64,000 nt of DNA from Catajapyx aquilonaris. Taxonomy: Eukaryota. Below the pieces are notes generated by a model. That model saw only the letters and a list, made by a program, of their open reading frames with translations, had not been told where the DNA came from and did not search any database. The position numbers and the translations under genes were made by a program. This document shows positions 12,608 to 25,300 of this stretch, in pieces. The DNA is taken from assembly GCA_000934665.2 (NCBI GenBank), contig JYFJ02000903.1, forward strand, positions 1 through 64,000, in the 5' to 3' direction. Position 1 is the first letter of the stretch; the number at the start of each line of letters is the position of its first letter.

Positions 12608-15600
12608 GCCCATGCCCTTATAGTGTCTCTTGTCGGACGATTGATCGCGGTTCTGCAACATCAACCACGCCAATCCCACTAACTACTTGAGACCTTGGTT
12701 GCAAGTGAGTCTCAGCAGGCGCGGCTGCCTGGTAGGGAATAAGAGACAAAATGATGTAAGCTTGCGGCCTTCTTGACTCGTGGTTATCCATGTCGTTTTT
12801 TTTTGTCCTATACCAAGATCCACAACCTCTTGTGTAATGAGGGGGTGGTACGACCTCAAAATGAAATCCGGAGAGTTTCACGAGCGTTCTTTGATCTCAC
12901 CCGGCCCACACCGAGTTTCATGGCTGACTTCAATGCCTTTCGGTTTGACTACGAATAGGAATTTTCACGGCTGTCTATCTAATGTGTTGTAGTATGTGCC
13001 ATATAGAGGAAATGTCTATAGATTATGAGTATTGATGCATTAATAATGTATATAGATCCATCAATTAGTTGCATCATGATTATTAATATTTGCATGTCTT
13101 TTCAGCTTTCATCAGGCTGAAAATTCAACGCACACGAACCGCATAGTTGCATCCATCATAGCATCAATTAATGGTAAGGCTCAAGTTATGTTTACGATGC
13201 TTCTATTTTTGTATGAGGTAAATAATGCACGTGGTTTCAAAATGTATGTACTTTTTGAATATGGCTGTCGCATTTCTACTTTTTCGGAAGTAGGATGTGT
13301 TTCAATTACTACTCGGATTACTAATATGGATGCTCATTAAATATCCATCAGATGGTTCAAATATGAGCGTGTACACACATGCACACCAATGTATACCATA
13401 TATTATTCCAAAAAAATAGGCCATTAGTGAATACATGTCGAACATCCAAACCATTACTTGTTAAGCGGAAAGTTACGTCATTGATTGCATTAATTTTAAT
13501 TACCGGCAGAAATTAATATTTAACGCGATAAATGCGATTATTTTTGTTGTCGCAGCCCGTGGCACTGATTATAACTGAATTACCCTCCACGTAAAAGCAC
13601 AGTTTCATTGCGCTTGCAGAAAGTTAACAAAGTAAAAATTAGAATTTGCTCTGCGCTTGTTGTTTTATTGCCCCAGAGGGTTGGGTATACCCGCGATAAA
13701 CCGATATATTTGCCAGGCTGCATGTTGTACACTGGGATTGCAATATAATGTTTACGAGAAAATGTTTCACGCTGTTAAGCTAACCTTTGCAACATGTAAT
13801 TATACTATTTTATCCTATCATAACCTCATGCCTATTGTATTTTGATCGGAGATAACGTATACCCAATGGTTCAGACTGTTCACCTTCCATATTTTACAAA
13901 CATAACACATACCTGTCCATAGTCTAGAATCCTCAATTAACTATAATATTTTACATGTTATGTTGTCACCCATGGGTACGGTAATGTCTCTACAATGTAT
14001 CTTTGGGGCCTCGTATTTCCCCCCTTTATTTCGTCTTGACCCCACAAGACAGCAACACTCTCGAGCATTGTAACGACCCTCTTTTACATTCGGAATCAGT
14101 CTCTGGAGCGACAATAAATGACCAGTCAGTCGATATTACCTCCCCGAGCAAAGGGGGCTGACTCCATGCTCAGCATCCGGAGAGGGCTCAGATGCCGGAT
14201 TCGAAGGCACCACGAAGTTAATTGAGAATTTGGGAGTGCATCATCTGGTGCAAGTTGCCCCACAAACGGATTCCAGAATTGGACCATTTTTTTATCAGAG
14301 GCGATATCTCCAGGAATCCACTTACTTTTTTTAAAAAAATATCTATAAAACGTCCCGTTTTTTAACTGCTTTTCCACCCCCCTCCTGTCTTCCTTCCTCA
14401 TACTCCCCCAGACGATGAAGAAGGCTGGTGCAGCTCATGAGGGGCCACTCACTGATCGATTTGCTTTCTACCCAGAGTAGACGGCCACTCCACCAAGATT
14501 AAAGTCTATTGAATCTCTCCCCTGGTTCGTTTCTAGCCTTTCAATAGCTGTAGCCTCATTATCCATTTTTTTTGTAGGACGCCGAACAGGCGGCACGCAA
14601 TTCGGCCGACAAACTCACCTTTTTGTTTCTTTCCCTTGCATAACTTTCAAGAGAAAGAAGGAGACAGGTTGGTTGGAAAAGGATTGGTCTGCCCTCGGGT
14701 GATTTAGCGAGAGCATGGCGAGGAAAAATAGATTATAGGTATGAGTTACGCCTTGAGAAACGAGTTGCCGGATGATGGAAGAGGGCTGCTTCCTAAGCGA
14801 CGCTCCCGGTCTGCGCTTAATGGAGCCGCCTTTGTCACTAGCACACTGGGAAACTTATGAGCGAGAAACAAAGGAAGTGCTTAGAAAGTGTTGAGCACTG
14901 GTAAAAATAGGGTTTCTGACGCCTTGATTTAACACCCCGGGACGTTAATTTGGACGCAGGGAAAGGGTAAAAGTGCCATTATTGGGTCGGCATACATTAA
15001 AAATTAGAATATTTTATATGGGCCTAATAATGGGATGGATCATAATGTCGAGATAACCTGCTAATAATACAAATGAAAAATTTTCCTGCATAAAATATTT
15101 ACTCCTCATAGTTCCTTTTATGAGTGCTGAAAGATATTACACCGATATCAGAAATTCACGAGGAGATTCTTGTGAATTCTGCGGCCACTTGACATCTGAG
15201 CCTCTTCAGAGTTCCGGTCTGTGCAATGTCCAAGGCTGCTTCGGTTTTGAGTAATTAAGCCCATGGCAGAGGGGGCAACTTTTAAGCGAAAGCAAACCAA
15301 AAGTTTGGGGCTCGATGGCGGAGGAGGATCCTTCGCTTTGTGCAGGACTTGTCGTGGAGACACCGCCTTTGTGTGTCGTGGATAGGGACGAATCAGATCG
15401 CAGCTACTGCGGAAATAAATGTGCTGTGTGTAGGTGTAGGCCAATGGAAAATCAGTGGTTGGTAGTTTTTTTTAATGAGAAAAATCTAGCGCAAGTCTAT
15501 ATATAAACCGCACTGAGTCGGACATTTTTTTCTTTCTTTCTCTTCTGACGACATTTTTTTACCATTTACATTCAAACCAGGTTTTGCACTGCATTGCCGA

Positions 15601-18600
15601 GGGAGCTAATGGGGCGAATCTTTGACGGGGGGGGGGGACTGCAGAGAAGTGAATCGGCCAGGAATAATTAATCTCTTGAAAGGTGCGGTTAATTAACCAA
15701 CTTTGATACTCCATATAGTCTATAATAATAGAGCATAGTCAAGGGGAGGGGGGGGGGTAGCATAATTAATTCTGAAATCGACTAGAAATCAGCTCGGGCG
15801 GCATTTTTGACAGGAAGGCTTTATGACTTCTGGTCGTGTCATTAATGCGACAGAACCTACGAGAAGCATATTATCCCCTAAAATGCAAAACTATAGCCGA
15901 GACGGTTACTGTAGTACTTCGGGATACAGTAACCATAGTAACTGGAGAGCTCCCGTGTCTGGGAGAGAGGCTGGTTCCATTACCTAAAAGCCTACAGTGG
16001 TTCTTTTTTTAAAAATATTTTAAACTATAATTAACGTTTTCGGGCCGGAAGGGGAGAGTAGCACACGTGAAAAGCAGCATCGGCAGACCTTGGAAATATT
16101 CAAACTAAATATTGTGATAAAACACAGTAGCTTGCATATTATTATTATAATAAGCAGGCGGAATCCAGATGTCGATAGTACTAGTGAAGGGCAAGCAGAA
16201 TGTAGAAGTTCCAAAATATATTTACAAGCCATGTTTTACTGTCAGAATTCAAACGGACTGGTCAATATATTCAGGGGCTGGTTGGATGGTTCAAGTTTAT
16301 CACCTTCATTTTCGACAATACGGGGATATTTTTTACAACGCTCTTTCCACGGTCCGGTTCGTGAACTGAAAACCATTGTAAGTCCGGATCTATCCCGCAG
16401 TGCGCATAACACAAGTCATATTGTGTGCCTCTGTTGAAAAGGGGATTCGCAAAAGTTTTTTTTGTTGCTATCACAGGGGCTGGACTGCCATTTTATTCGC
16501 GTCACGCTTCCGGATACCCTTCGTGACGCGCATAGAGAAGGGGGCAGCTGTTAAGTGCACAACTAGCAGTCAACGAGCGTCAAACGTTGATGGAGTTGGC
16601 AACAACAATGCGCCCTTTTGCTCAACTGATAATCCAATCGGCTTTACNCCCCCCCTCACTTTCTCCCTGCGCGCGAGTTCAACAAGTTATACAGCACTTT
16701 GTTCCTTGCAAGATTGGAAAGCGGCTTCATTTTCCTTCCAAGTATACCAAGTGGGATGAAACTGTTTTAAACACTGTGCTTAAAAAGTGTTTCGTACAGT
16801 GTTATTTTGCACTAGTTTATGAAAGCTAACTTGTCAATCTGCTAGCAGCGTTATTTTGCTAACACAATCACAGCTACTGTATGCATCCCTTTAGGTCATC
16901 AACAGTTGCGGGGGAAGGGTGGTAACTAACGGATAATTCAGTTGGTTGGAAGGAATATTCCATATGATCCTCAAAGATATTGGATTTAAAATATGCGTAG
17001 TGACAGACGCAATCACTTTGTAATTTGTAGCACTGTGATGGCAAGTATTCGGCTTTGTACGTAAAATCAAGGAGATGGACTCAATAAATGCATACTTCTA
17101 GTGAAACTCATGCTTGTAATATTTTGGTGGAGTGTGTACCATCATGCCACCTCACCCTGCATTACAACCTGTTCTTCGTATCACGATTACCAATTCTGAA
17201 GTACTGTGATAGCGGACACGATCAGAGAGCGTAAAAGCTTCAATCCATATAGACCATATCACTTGTTCGTCGAATGTGCAGAAGCCAGCCGGATATTATA
17301 TTGTATATCGTACATACCAACCTGTATTTGCAAATAATGCCATATTCATGCTATGAATTCATAGTAAAGCAAGTGATGGGATTAATAATGAAAATGTAGT
17401 GCATTATTTATCAACTCTACTGACATCGTCTCGACTTTCGCAGTCATCTGTCTATTCGCGATCAATATGTGTGCAGGTGGTAGGCCTATACGCTGCTCTA
17501 GAAATTATATAACTACTGTGATCGCAATACTGTACGAAAATCAGAAATTGAATGGTTAAAAAAGAGAGATTATGATATTAGTCGCGGTAAGCCGACTGAT
17601 TGATCGAATATGGCTGGATATACAAAGTAGCGTACTTACAGGACTACACAGTTATTGGTGTGTCAAAGGGGGAATATAAAAGCGATAAGAACCCAGCCTT
17701 CTGGTGCCGGTTGGAACGTCAATATTTTATGCTGTGTAGCATAATTCAAAGAGAGTTTTTCACTACAGGGCAAAATCAAAGTATAGGCAACAACAATTGA
17801 CATTCTTTGACATGTAAACTACCTGCAGCCTAAATTAATTAGAGTGCCTTGCCAGTGTGTGTCACAAAAATGTGGACCTGGTCAGACTCTTTTATACACC
17901 GCAGTAGTTAACCCCCAACTGTTTTACAGCAAAGGATAGTTCACACCTAACACTGTGTTGACGGTAAAGCTGCCTTTAACTTTCCTCTACATCCCATGGA
18001 GCCAATGAGAAAGTTGAGTCAAATAGACACAGCGAGAGTAGTCCATGAGCTCTAAGTCATGTTGTATGCTGACAGTCTGTACAGTACTACAGTAGATTAC
18101 TTCAATTTTAGTTTGGAAACAGGATTGTTTTAGTGTTGAAAAATAAAAATCAAGTGAATTGCTCCTGGTGGTAAATCTGCTGTATCCAACCACAATAATT
18201 AAGGATCACTTTCTCAAGAGGCAGTTAACACAGAATCTGCCAAACGTGCCAAAGGAAGACGGATTATACCCACCTGTTACATACTACATACTGTAGGGGA
18301 ATGGAAATTGTATGTCTTGCCATAATTCGACGATATTGAAAGTCTAAGCTATAGCAGACATTGTAACAATGAAAAATAATATTGAGGAATATAACTTGGA
18401 GTTGTACTACAAAGTGTAGATTCTCTTGTCGTATGAAGTTAATGCGCTATTTTACTTGGCCCAGCCTATGAAATCAGTCTGAAGGAGGATCCAATACCTG
18501 TTTACTGTTGAAATGCCTGACACCGAAGCCCATCTCCAATTCCGGGCCACTTACATGATTTCGCCTTGAGGTATCAGCTGCCTTGCATCTAAGGTGGTCC

Positions 18601-21600
18601 AGTCGACAGCCACCCATTTCCCGGAATTGGTGCTGTCGCCTCCAGACGGACGACACTGTATAATAGACACCGGTGCTTCGTCGACAGCGGCCTCCAGAAT
18701 CGTATAGTCTCCTTGAAGACACAAGTTGTGGTGACATGTATTTAATTCTCACCCCCTTTAACAAGATACCTGTGTCTTTACTCCCCTCGTGATTATTGTA
18801 CAGATCGACTAAAAATTCAATATGAATAAAATACCTAGTCATTACAGTAATGTTGATAAGAAAGTTTCGTAATAAACGCCCAACGTGATTTTTTTTTTTG
18901 CCAGGGCCATCTGAGAATGCGGTTAGTTCAAGAGCGATAATATCTGATCTGTATGGTAGGAATCTACTCATTAGTGGGAGGTATCATATCCCAGAGTTTG
19001 GACCATAGTTCGGATGGAAACGGCCAAGAATATTCTCGTTACCAAGGAAGAAGAATTAAATTACGCCCGTGAGACCATTTTAATAGACGTTCCTCCCTAG
19101 CGGCTGGAAACTTTTACCTGAATGGCTGTGGTAAATAAGAATGAGGTTGAGGTTATGCTGTGCTCCTTGGGGAAGTCAGTTAAGGAGATACCGATATTAG
19201 GTTAAAGCTCATGCCACCGTGTACGTATATTATGTCGCATAATGTAATACTGTACTATGGGGACTTGTGCTGCTATGGCCTAGGCATCCAGCCATTACCA
19301 TACGCAGCACAGGATATGGCTATAGGGCTATAGCTAGGATAAGCGAATATATTATTACATTATCATATGAAATCAGAACACGTAACGTATGCGGAAAAGC
19401 TAAAAGCATGCAGTGCAGATGGAAATCAAAGGGAATTCTCAAAGCATATGTATACAGTACAAATCAGCTGCATTGTAAGAATAATCTGCTGGCTGTATTT
19501 TCCACTAAGGTTTGAATATGTAAGTGAACATTACGTCGCATCATCCATGCGCATTTTGCTAATGAGAGTGGGTATTGTCTATGCTCGAGTCATAATCATC
19601 GCAAAAATTCCTCTCTTAAATTCCCACTCTTCAACCCATATTCCGCTTTTCCCCCCTACATAATTTCAATTCATGTGGATTCAAACTGCATATCCCATTC
19701 AGTCCAGTTTGCCAAATGCGACATTGTCCCCCGCTGATTGGCGGCCTCCTCTTTATTATGCGACTCTTCTTTCACCAACTCCCGTTAACTAGATGCGACT
19801 ATCATTGTCCTCGACGCAACTTATGCAGATCGGTTTTTTTATCAATATTTTGAACGCTCCTGCACATATACCGGGGCCAGTGATAATGAATAATTCCGCT
19901 CTTAATCACTGCGCCTAACGGCCCTTGTTGTTGACTGCTCTACAAAACTGAAGAGTTCGAGTTTGTCATATGCAGAACTTTTTTTTTTTTTTGCATTCTG
20001 AGGCTTATTTTTTTGACAACGGAGACCACAACACTGAACTTGGCAAAACCGAATCGTGCACTATAAAAAGGTTGCATCTTGAGTTTTTTCATTGCACATG
20101 GCCGACTTTTCTGGAGTCTTTTTGTGTACTGGACGTAACCCCATCTTCAAGGGGAACACACAGGCGGTCTCCCAAAGGAAATTAGTTCAACCCGTATCTC
20201 GCTTTTAAAGTGAACGCTGTGACTGCGCAGACTGAATTTATGAGTCATTGTTGCTCTCTCTGATATATATTTTTCTCTGTATAAAGCCAGAGGGACGCCC
20301 CGTGAAATTGTGTTTACCATATTTTCACAACATGTATATATAGGTACAGCTATATTTTCGCATAAATACAGCTTTAATGCATGCTATTTCACGATTTATA
20401 CATCAATTAAGGCCATGCAAGAAAAAAATCGACTCTGCCAAGTCTATTCCGAGAATAGCGCATTTATATACGGTAGTTGCCTATTACAGTCATATAGGTC
20501 TAGACACTGTGCGTTATATCCGGCATTAAGCTTAATATTTAATGCTGTTTGATGCATTCGAGTGATATTGTTGCCGACATCATGTATTCGCATGGAGTCC
20601 TCGTACTGCTTGATATAAATGTTTAAGCAATGTTACTTGTTTATTTTGCATCACTATTTACTTTGACTGGGGGATGTTTTAAAAACAAAACGAGTATGTG
20701 ACTGCATGATGTTATACAGTATAAAAGTGCAACAAAGTATAGATCAAAGCGTGTGAAGCAAAATACATCTGCAGTGTGCCTCTGCAGCCTTGTGTCTGCA
20801 GGGAAGATGAAAAGGAACAATCTGCCTATAATATCTTCTGTAGTGCACCGCAAAAAGGCACATCTGCACAATATAAGGTATATAGTTTGGGTCGGACAAC
20901 TCGATAGATTGTGTAAGCAGATCAACTTAATGTGTATGTGTAGTATATTTCTATGATTTCACCCGGATCTCTCTCTCCGTTTTACCCTGGTTTTACCATC
21001 GATCACACTGATGATGTTTATGTTACAGCCTTGTTTCTCGCATCTAATTTGCAACAATTTCACCTCAACCCCTGTCTAAAACCAAAACTTTGCAGCACTG
21101 TTTTCATTGGATCTCACATAAGAAGGACTATCCAAGCAAGCTGGAGGCGTCATCTTTCTAACTAGGAATAATATTTCTCCCTCCTTCTCCCCAGGCTTTT
21201 CTATCTCAAACTCCTCCCCATCTTTCCACCTCTCTGGAGGTTTTGGTGCATGGCGATGAAGCAGGTCTCCTGTGCCTTGTGACCCGCCACGTCTGCAAGC
21301 CATGTCGCGCATGCAATCAGCCGCCAAGTTCCCTGCTTGTTACCATCTTAGAGCTGAGGCGTCTATCAGGATCTTTCGCCACTTTGCTGCTATCAAATCG
21401 ATCTGGTCCGCAGCTGCTGAATTTTAATTATGCTTCCTCGTCCGCCTACGCACGTACCTTGTGATCGCGCAGGGCTGGAACCCGTTTTTGCAAATAGGAA
21501 GCTCTCCGGCCTTGGGCGTCCTGCTCAACTACATGTTTTATTCCAGGTGCAGAAGAACAGATATATATCCTAAATTTACCTTTAAAAATCTCATTTTAGG

Positions 21601-22301
21601 ATCTTCTCATAAAAGCTTTTATAGAATGGGTCTGTCCATGGACAGGTATCAAGGCCTAAACCGGAAGAGACAGAGACAAACAATTTTCGGATCCAGCGGA
21701 CCCTAATTAGGTTTGCAACTTCCGGTTTCCCGGATTCACTATATCCGCTAAGCTCAAGTTTCTTGGCAACCCGGAAATGAGACTGACAACGTTCTCTGTC
21801 GTTGTTGAATTTTCTTGGCAATGAGAAAATGTCTACTAGAATCACGCTCGCGTGGTTTGCAGTCTGGTCTAATTGGAATTTTATTAAAATTCTTCATGCT
21901 GTCTTTTACACCATATTGTTCTGTACATTCAAACTGGGCTAGTACTTTGAGATAGTTGCAGGTGGATCATATACATATCTTGGTCGTAGCTGGGTTTTCT
22001 GCTTTTCTCCGGATTACAAATTGCAGTCATAGAGTCGGAGGGAACTCCCATCTGGAGGATCTTCTTCCTCCAGTGAAGGAGCGAGAGCAAGAATTCAGGC
22101 ACTGATTACCGTCTCTTTCGACATGAGGGCCGACTCATTGGCAGTCATTAGTGCCGCATTGGGGGGCATTGAAGGAGAGAGAAGACGGAGGAAGTCGAGG
22201 AGGTGGAGCCCTGTTTTCGTAAGGTTGCAATTTGGGTAGAGGTGTATAAGAAGAGGGAAGGAAGGAAGAAGCCATCTCCTGCATCGGAAATAGTCGAGGT
22301 T

Positions 22302-22317
22302 GAGAGAGAGAGAGAGA
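22302..22317. repeat. (GA)n microsatellite within a purine-rich stretch
   Basis: gagagagagagagaga followed by an A-run, read directly. Confidence 0.85.
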
Positions 22318-25300
22318 AAAAAAAGAATTTTGTCCGGTGAGCAAGGCTGATCTGGAACAGAAGCCTTGATTTCCTTTCGAGTTGAGGAGGACGCGAGTTG
22401 AAACCGTGACGAGGTTTAACGGCAGTGTTTTATGTGCAAAGCACGGGGCTCATTTGTATCCGTTCCGCAAAAGTGATCTCGATCTAGGTACTCAGGTACA
22501 GGTTTGTTGAAAGCTTTTCCATTAGGTGAGGTGTAGAAACAGTCTGCCTTGAAATTCGATGACCCCCGCAACAATTCCTTCGCCATATTGTAATCGCGTT
22601 TTCTTGCATCGATTTTCAAACATAAAACGTCCATTGTGTTAGCAATAATGGTGCTTTTCGGCGCCCGTGACAATTCATTTTACAAGTCAGATATCCGAAA
22701 TGCTGGATCACAGCGCATAATGTAATTATTATTTTTGAATATCTGTCAGACGCGGATGGCCTCGCAATATTTTTAGCCACAACAAGGGCATTGTTTGCTT
22801 AAAAAAATTTTTGCATGCAAACACAGGCCATGACAAGAGACGACTGGGGGTGGGGGTGGGTTTAGCTATGTGAATAATTGGTAGCGGGCTTTATTGTGTT
22901 AAATGCACCTGCAATAAGAGAGATAGGGCTCCGTAGCGCCAAAATAAAACAATCCAACAAACAACCTACCGAATTCCAGGCATACCCAAATATTCATTAA
23001 ACCCTTCCTTTTATCAAGCATCTGTGTATATTCAAGAGGAATTTTATTGCGCAGCAATATTTCCATGCAAAAATGACCAGTATTGGTCGGTACTGAAGGG
23101 AATGCAGATAATAACACGTAGTATAGTCAACCGTGAGAAGGAGCAAGACTCTCCAGGCCCTGTTCACAGTATGGAAAATAGTCTGGTTCTTTCCGCTTCG
23201 GATATTCCGCCCACCGATTTACTGTTATATCATTCTCCGCATGGAAGGACATGACCATTCCGCTGTACCTTCTCAACTGGAGGGGCAGGTTAGCTGGGAT
23301 GGAAAATTCTGCCATTATACACTGCAAGCTGTTTGGGGGGGCGGAGGAAACCATATACCCCAACTCTATGGGAGAAGACCTCTTGAAATCTCGGTCCGAG
23401 TCGACACGACCACTGCTGGAGGACCGAGGATCATAATTGATACCCTCCAAAGCTGTACATCTTGTCCCCGAAGCGTGTTCACGAGATGGCCCAAAAATAT
23501 GTCGCGGTCGAGTGGGGGGAATATATGAAAGTGGAAATGGGGGGTTGTTGATGCTTGGAATCTCTTGGGCAGAAAAAAAGTCACTTTTTGCGGACTGGGG
23601 ATGACATGGTGGGGTACTTTGTTCGGGCACAAAGATAAACATAATGCGGGTAGGAGGCCATTTAACGACCCCTCTTTTTTTAACATGTGGAAATCGGCGT
23701 GATGTGAGGATCCTTTGAGAGGCTTATAAAACCATAATGCCTGCGTATGTAAACCAACAACAAAGGAATTCCGCTCCATGAGGTCATTGCTGAAACCATT
23801 TTTTCGGGCATACCAAATATTACAGTAGGAAATTTTTTGTAATGTGAAATTTTTGTCGGAGATGGATTTACATCAGTCCGCGAAGTGCGTTTTGGACTGT
23901 GGGAGAGTGCAAAGTGGCATTTGCAAGAATGCCTGGGTTAGGATTTACACTGTGTGATTATGGCTAATCCATGTAATGCAGACGTATTATTCCTTGAAAT
24001 TCTATTGGTGTTTCCAACCCAGGGGAACACTGGGGATGCCTTGCCTGTGGCTGGGGTTAAAGTGCAGAGGAAATTCCTGCGGCCAAGATTGGATCGCTAA
24101 TCATCCTCTTGTCAGCATACCGAGTGGTCTCTGCCCCTCGTTTTATCATAATGCAAACCTTAAAAATATACGTACATACTGCTTAATTGCTGCTGCAGAC
24201 GAATATTATTTTTCGCATTACAGTAAAGCTTTGAAATGTGAATGCTGTAATATGCCTAGGAATGCGGGGCCAGCCTTTCTACGGGCCTACATTTTCACAA
24301 GTCTCGCTAGTTAGTCATGTCATTTAGGCTGGGGTAGAAGATAATGCTCCTTTCAAGAGGACATTAGGAAGCGGCAAGGGTTACATTAGCTGGAAAGTTA
24401 GCAAGCGGTGTCATTTTCCCTAACCTTCAGATTTTTTGAATGTGCCACTTGAGAACGTTCTTAAGTACTTTACATGAATATGCTGGCGTCTTTTTAAAAA
24501 AAACACACAAGTCGGAAGATAGGGAGAGTTTAATTTTTGCTGGGAAGGCAAGAACTGGCATATCAAGGTTTAATCTTATGTGAAGGCGAGAAGGGTGTCT
24601 CTTTAAAGTGTTGAGAATTATTCATGAACTTTTGAAACTAAGGAGAAGGCAGCTTGAATCATTGATTGCAGTATCTCTTTTTCATGCTGGGACACGAAAA
24701 CAATCTTTTGGATCTAATGCCTACGAAATTTCGGTTGAAGATAATTTTATTTCGCAAGAGAGGCATCTTTTAATGTTGCATGACATTTTCATTACTGTTT
24801 AATAAGCAGGTGAATTATTTATCACATTTGAAAGAAGAGGACATATATGTCTACATGTTCTTCCAGCTTCATATATTAATAATACAATTTATATTTCTGA
24901 TGTTAATGCATATTCTAGGACAGTATGTCATAAATAACTCAAACTCCGGTTAAGCTGTATCTGTTTTGAGTTATCAAATTATATTATTTATAAGTTTTTC
25001 AGAAAACTATTCTAAAGCGGTTTATAAGAACATCATGAATGGGAAATCAATGTGGTGGATATGTCTTACACACGAAAGCGTACAGCATTTACCAGCCTTT
25101 TCGTACAAAATGCAAGACAAAGGGTTTCCAACCAGGTGAAACAATACTACAGTCTGACTATCTGTCCTCCGTGTACTCATATTGCTCTATGCAATTTGCA
25201 CAAAAGGGTATGATCAATACTCATTGCACCTGTGTCAGCCCATAAGACCCTATGGTATAATTCAGAGTTGTATTAATCTGCGGACCTTGCACGTAACGGG

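Noticed and set aside
16648..16648. Single ambiguous base N
   Set aside because: Assembly ambiguity next to a poly-C run, not biological.
19845..19925. Minus-strand tRNA-like start (GGGCCGTTAGGCGCAGTGATTAAG)
   Set aside because: The B box is poor and there is no cloverleaf; cannot be supported without tRNAscan-SE or a repeat library.
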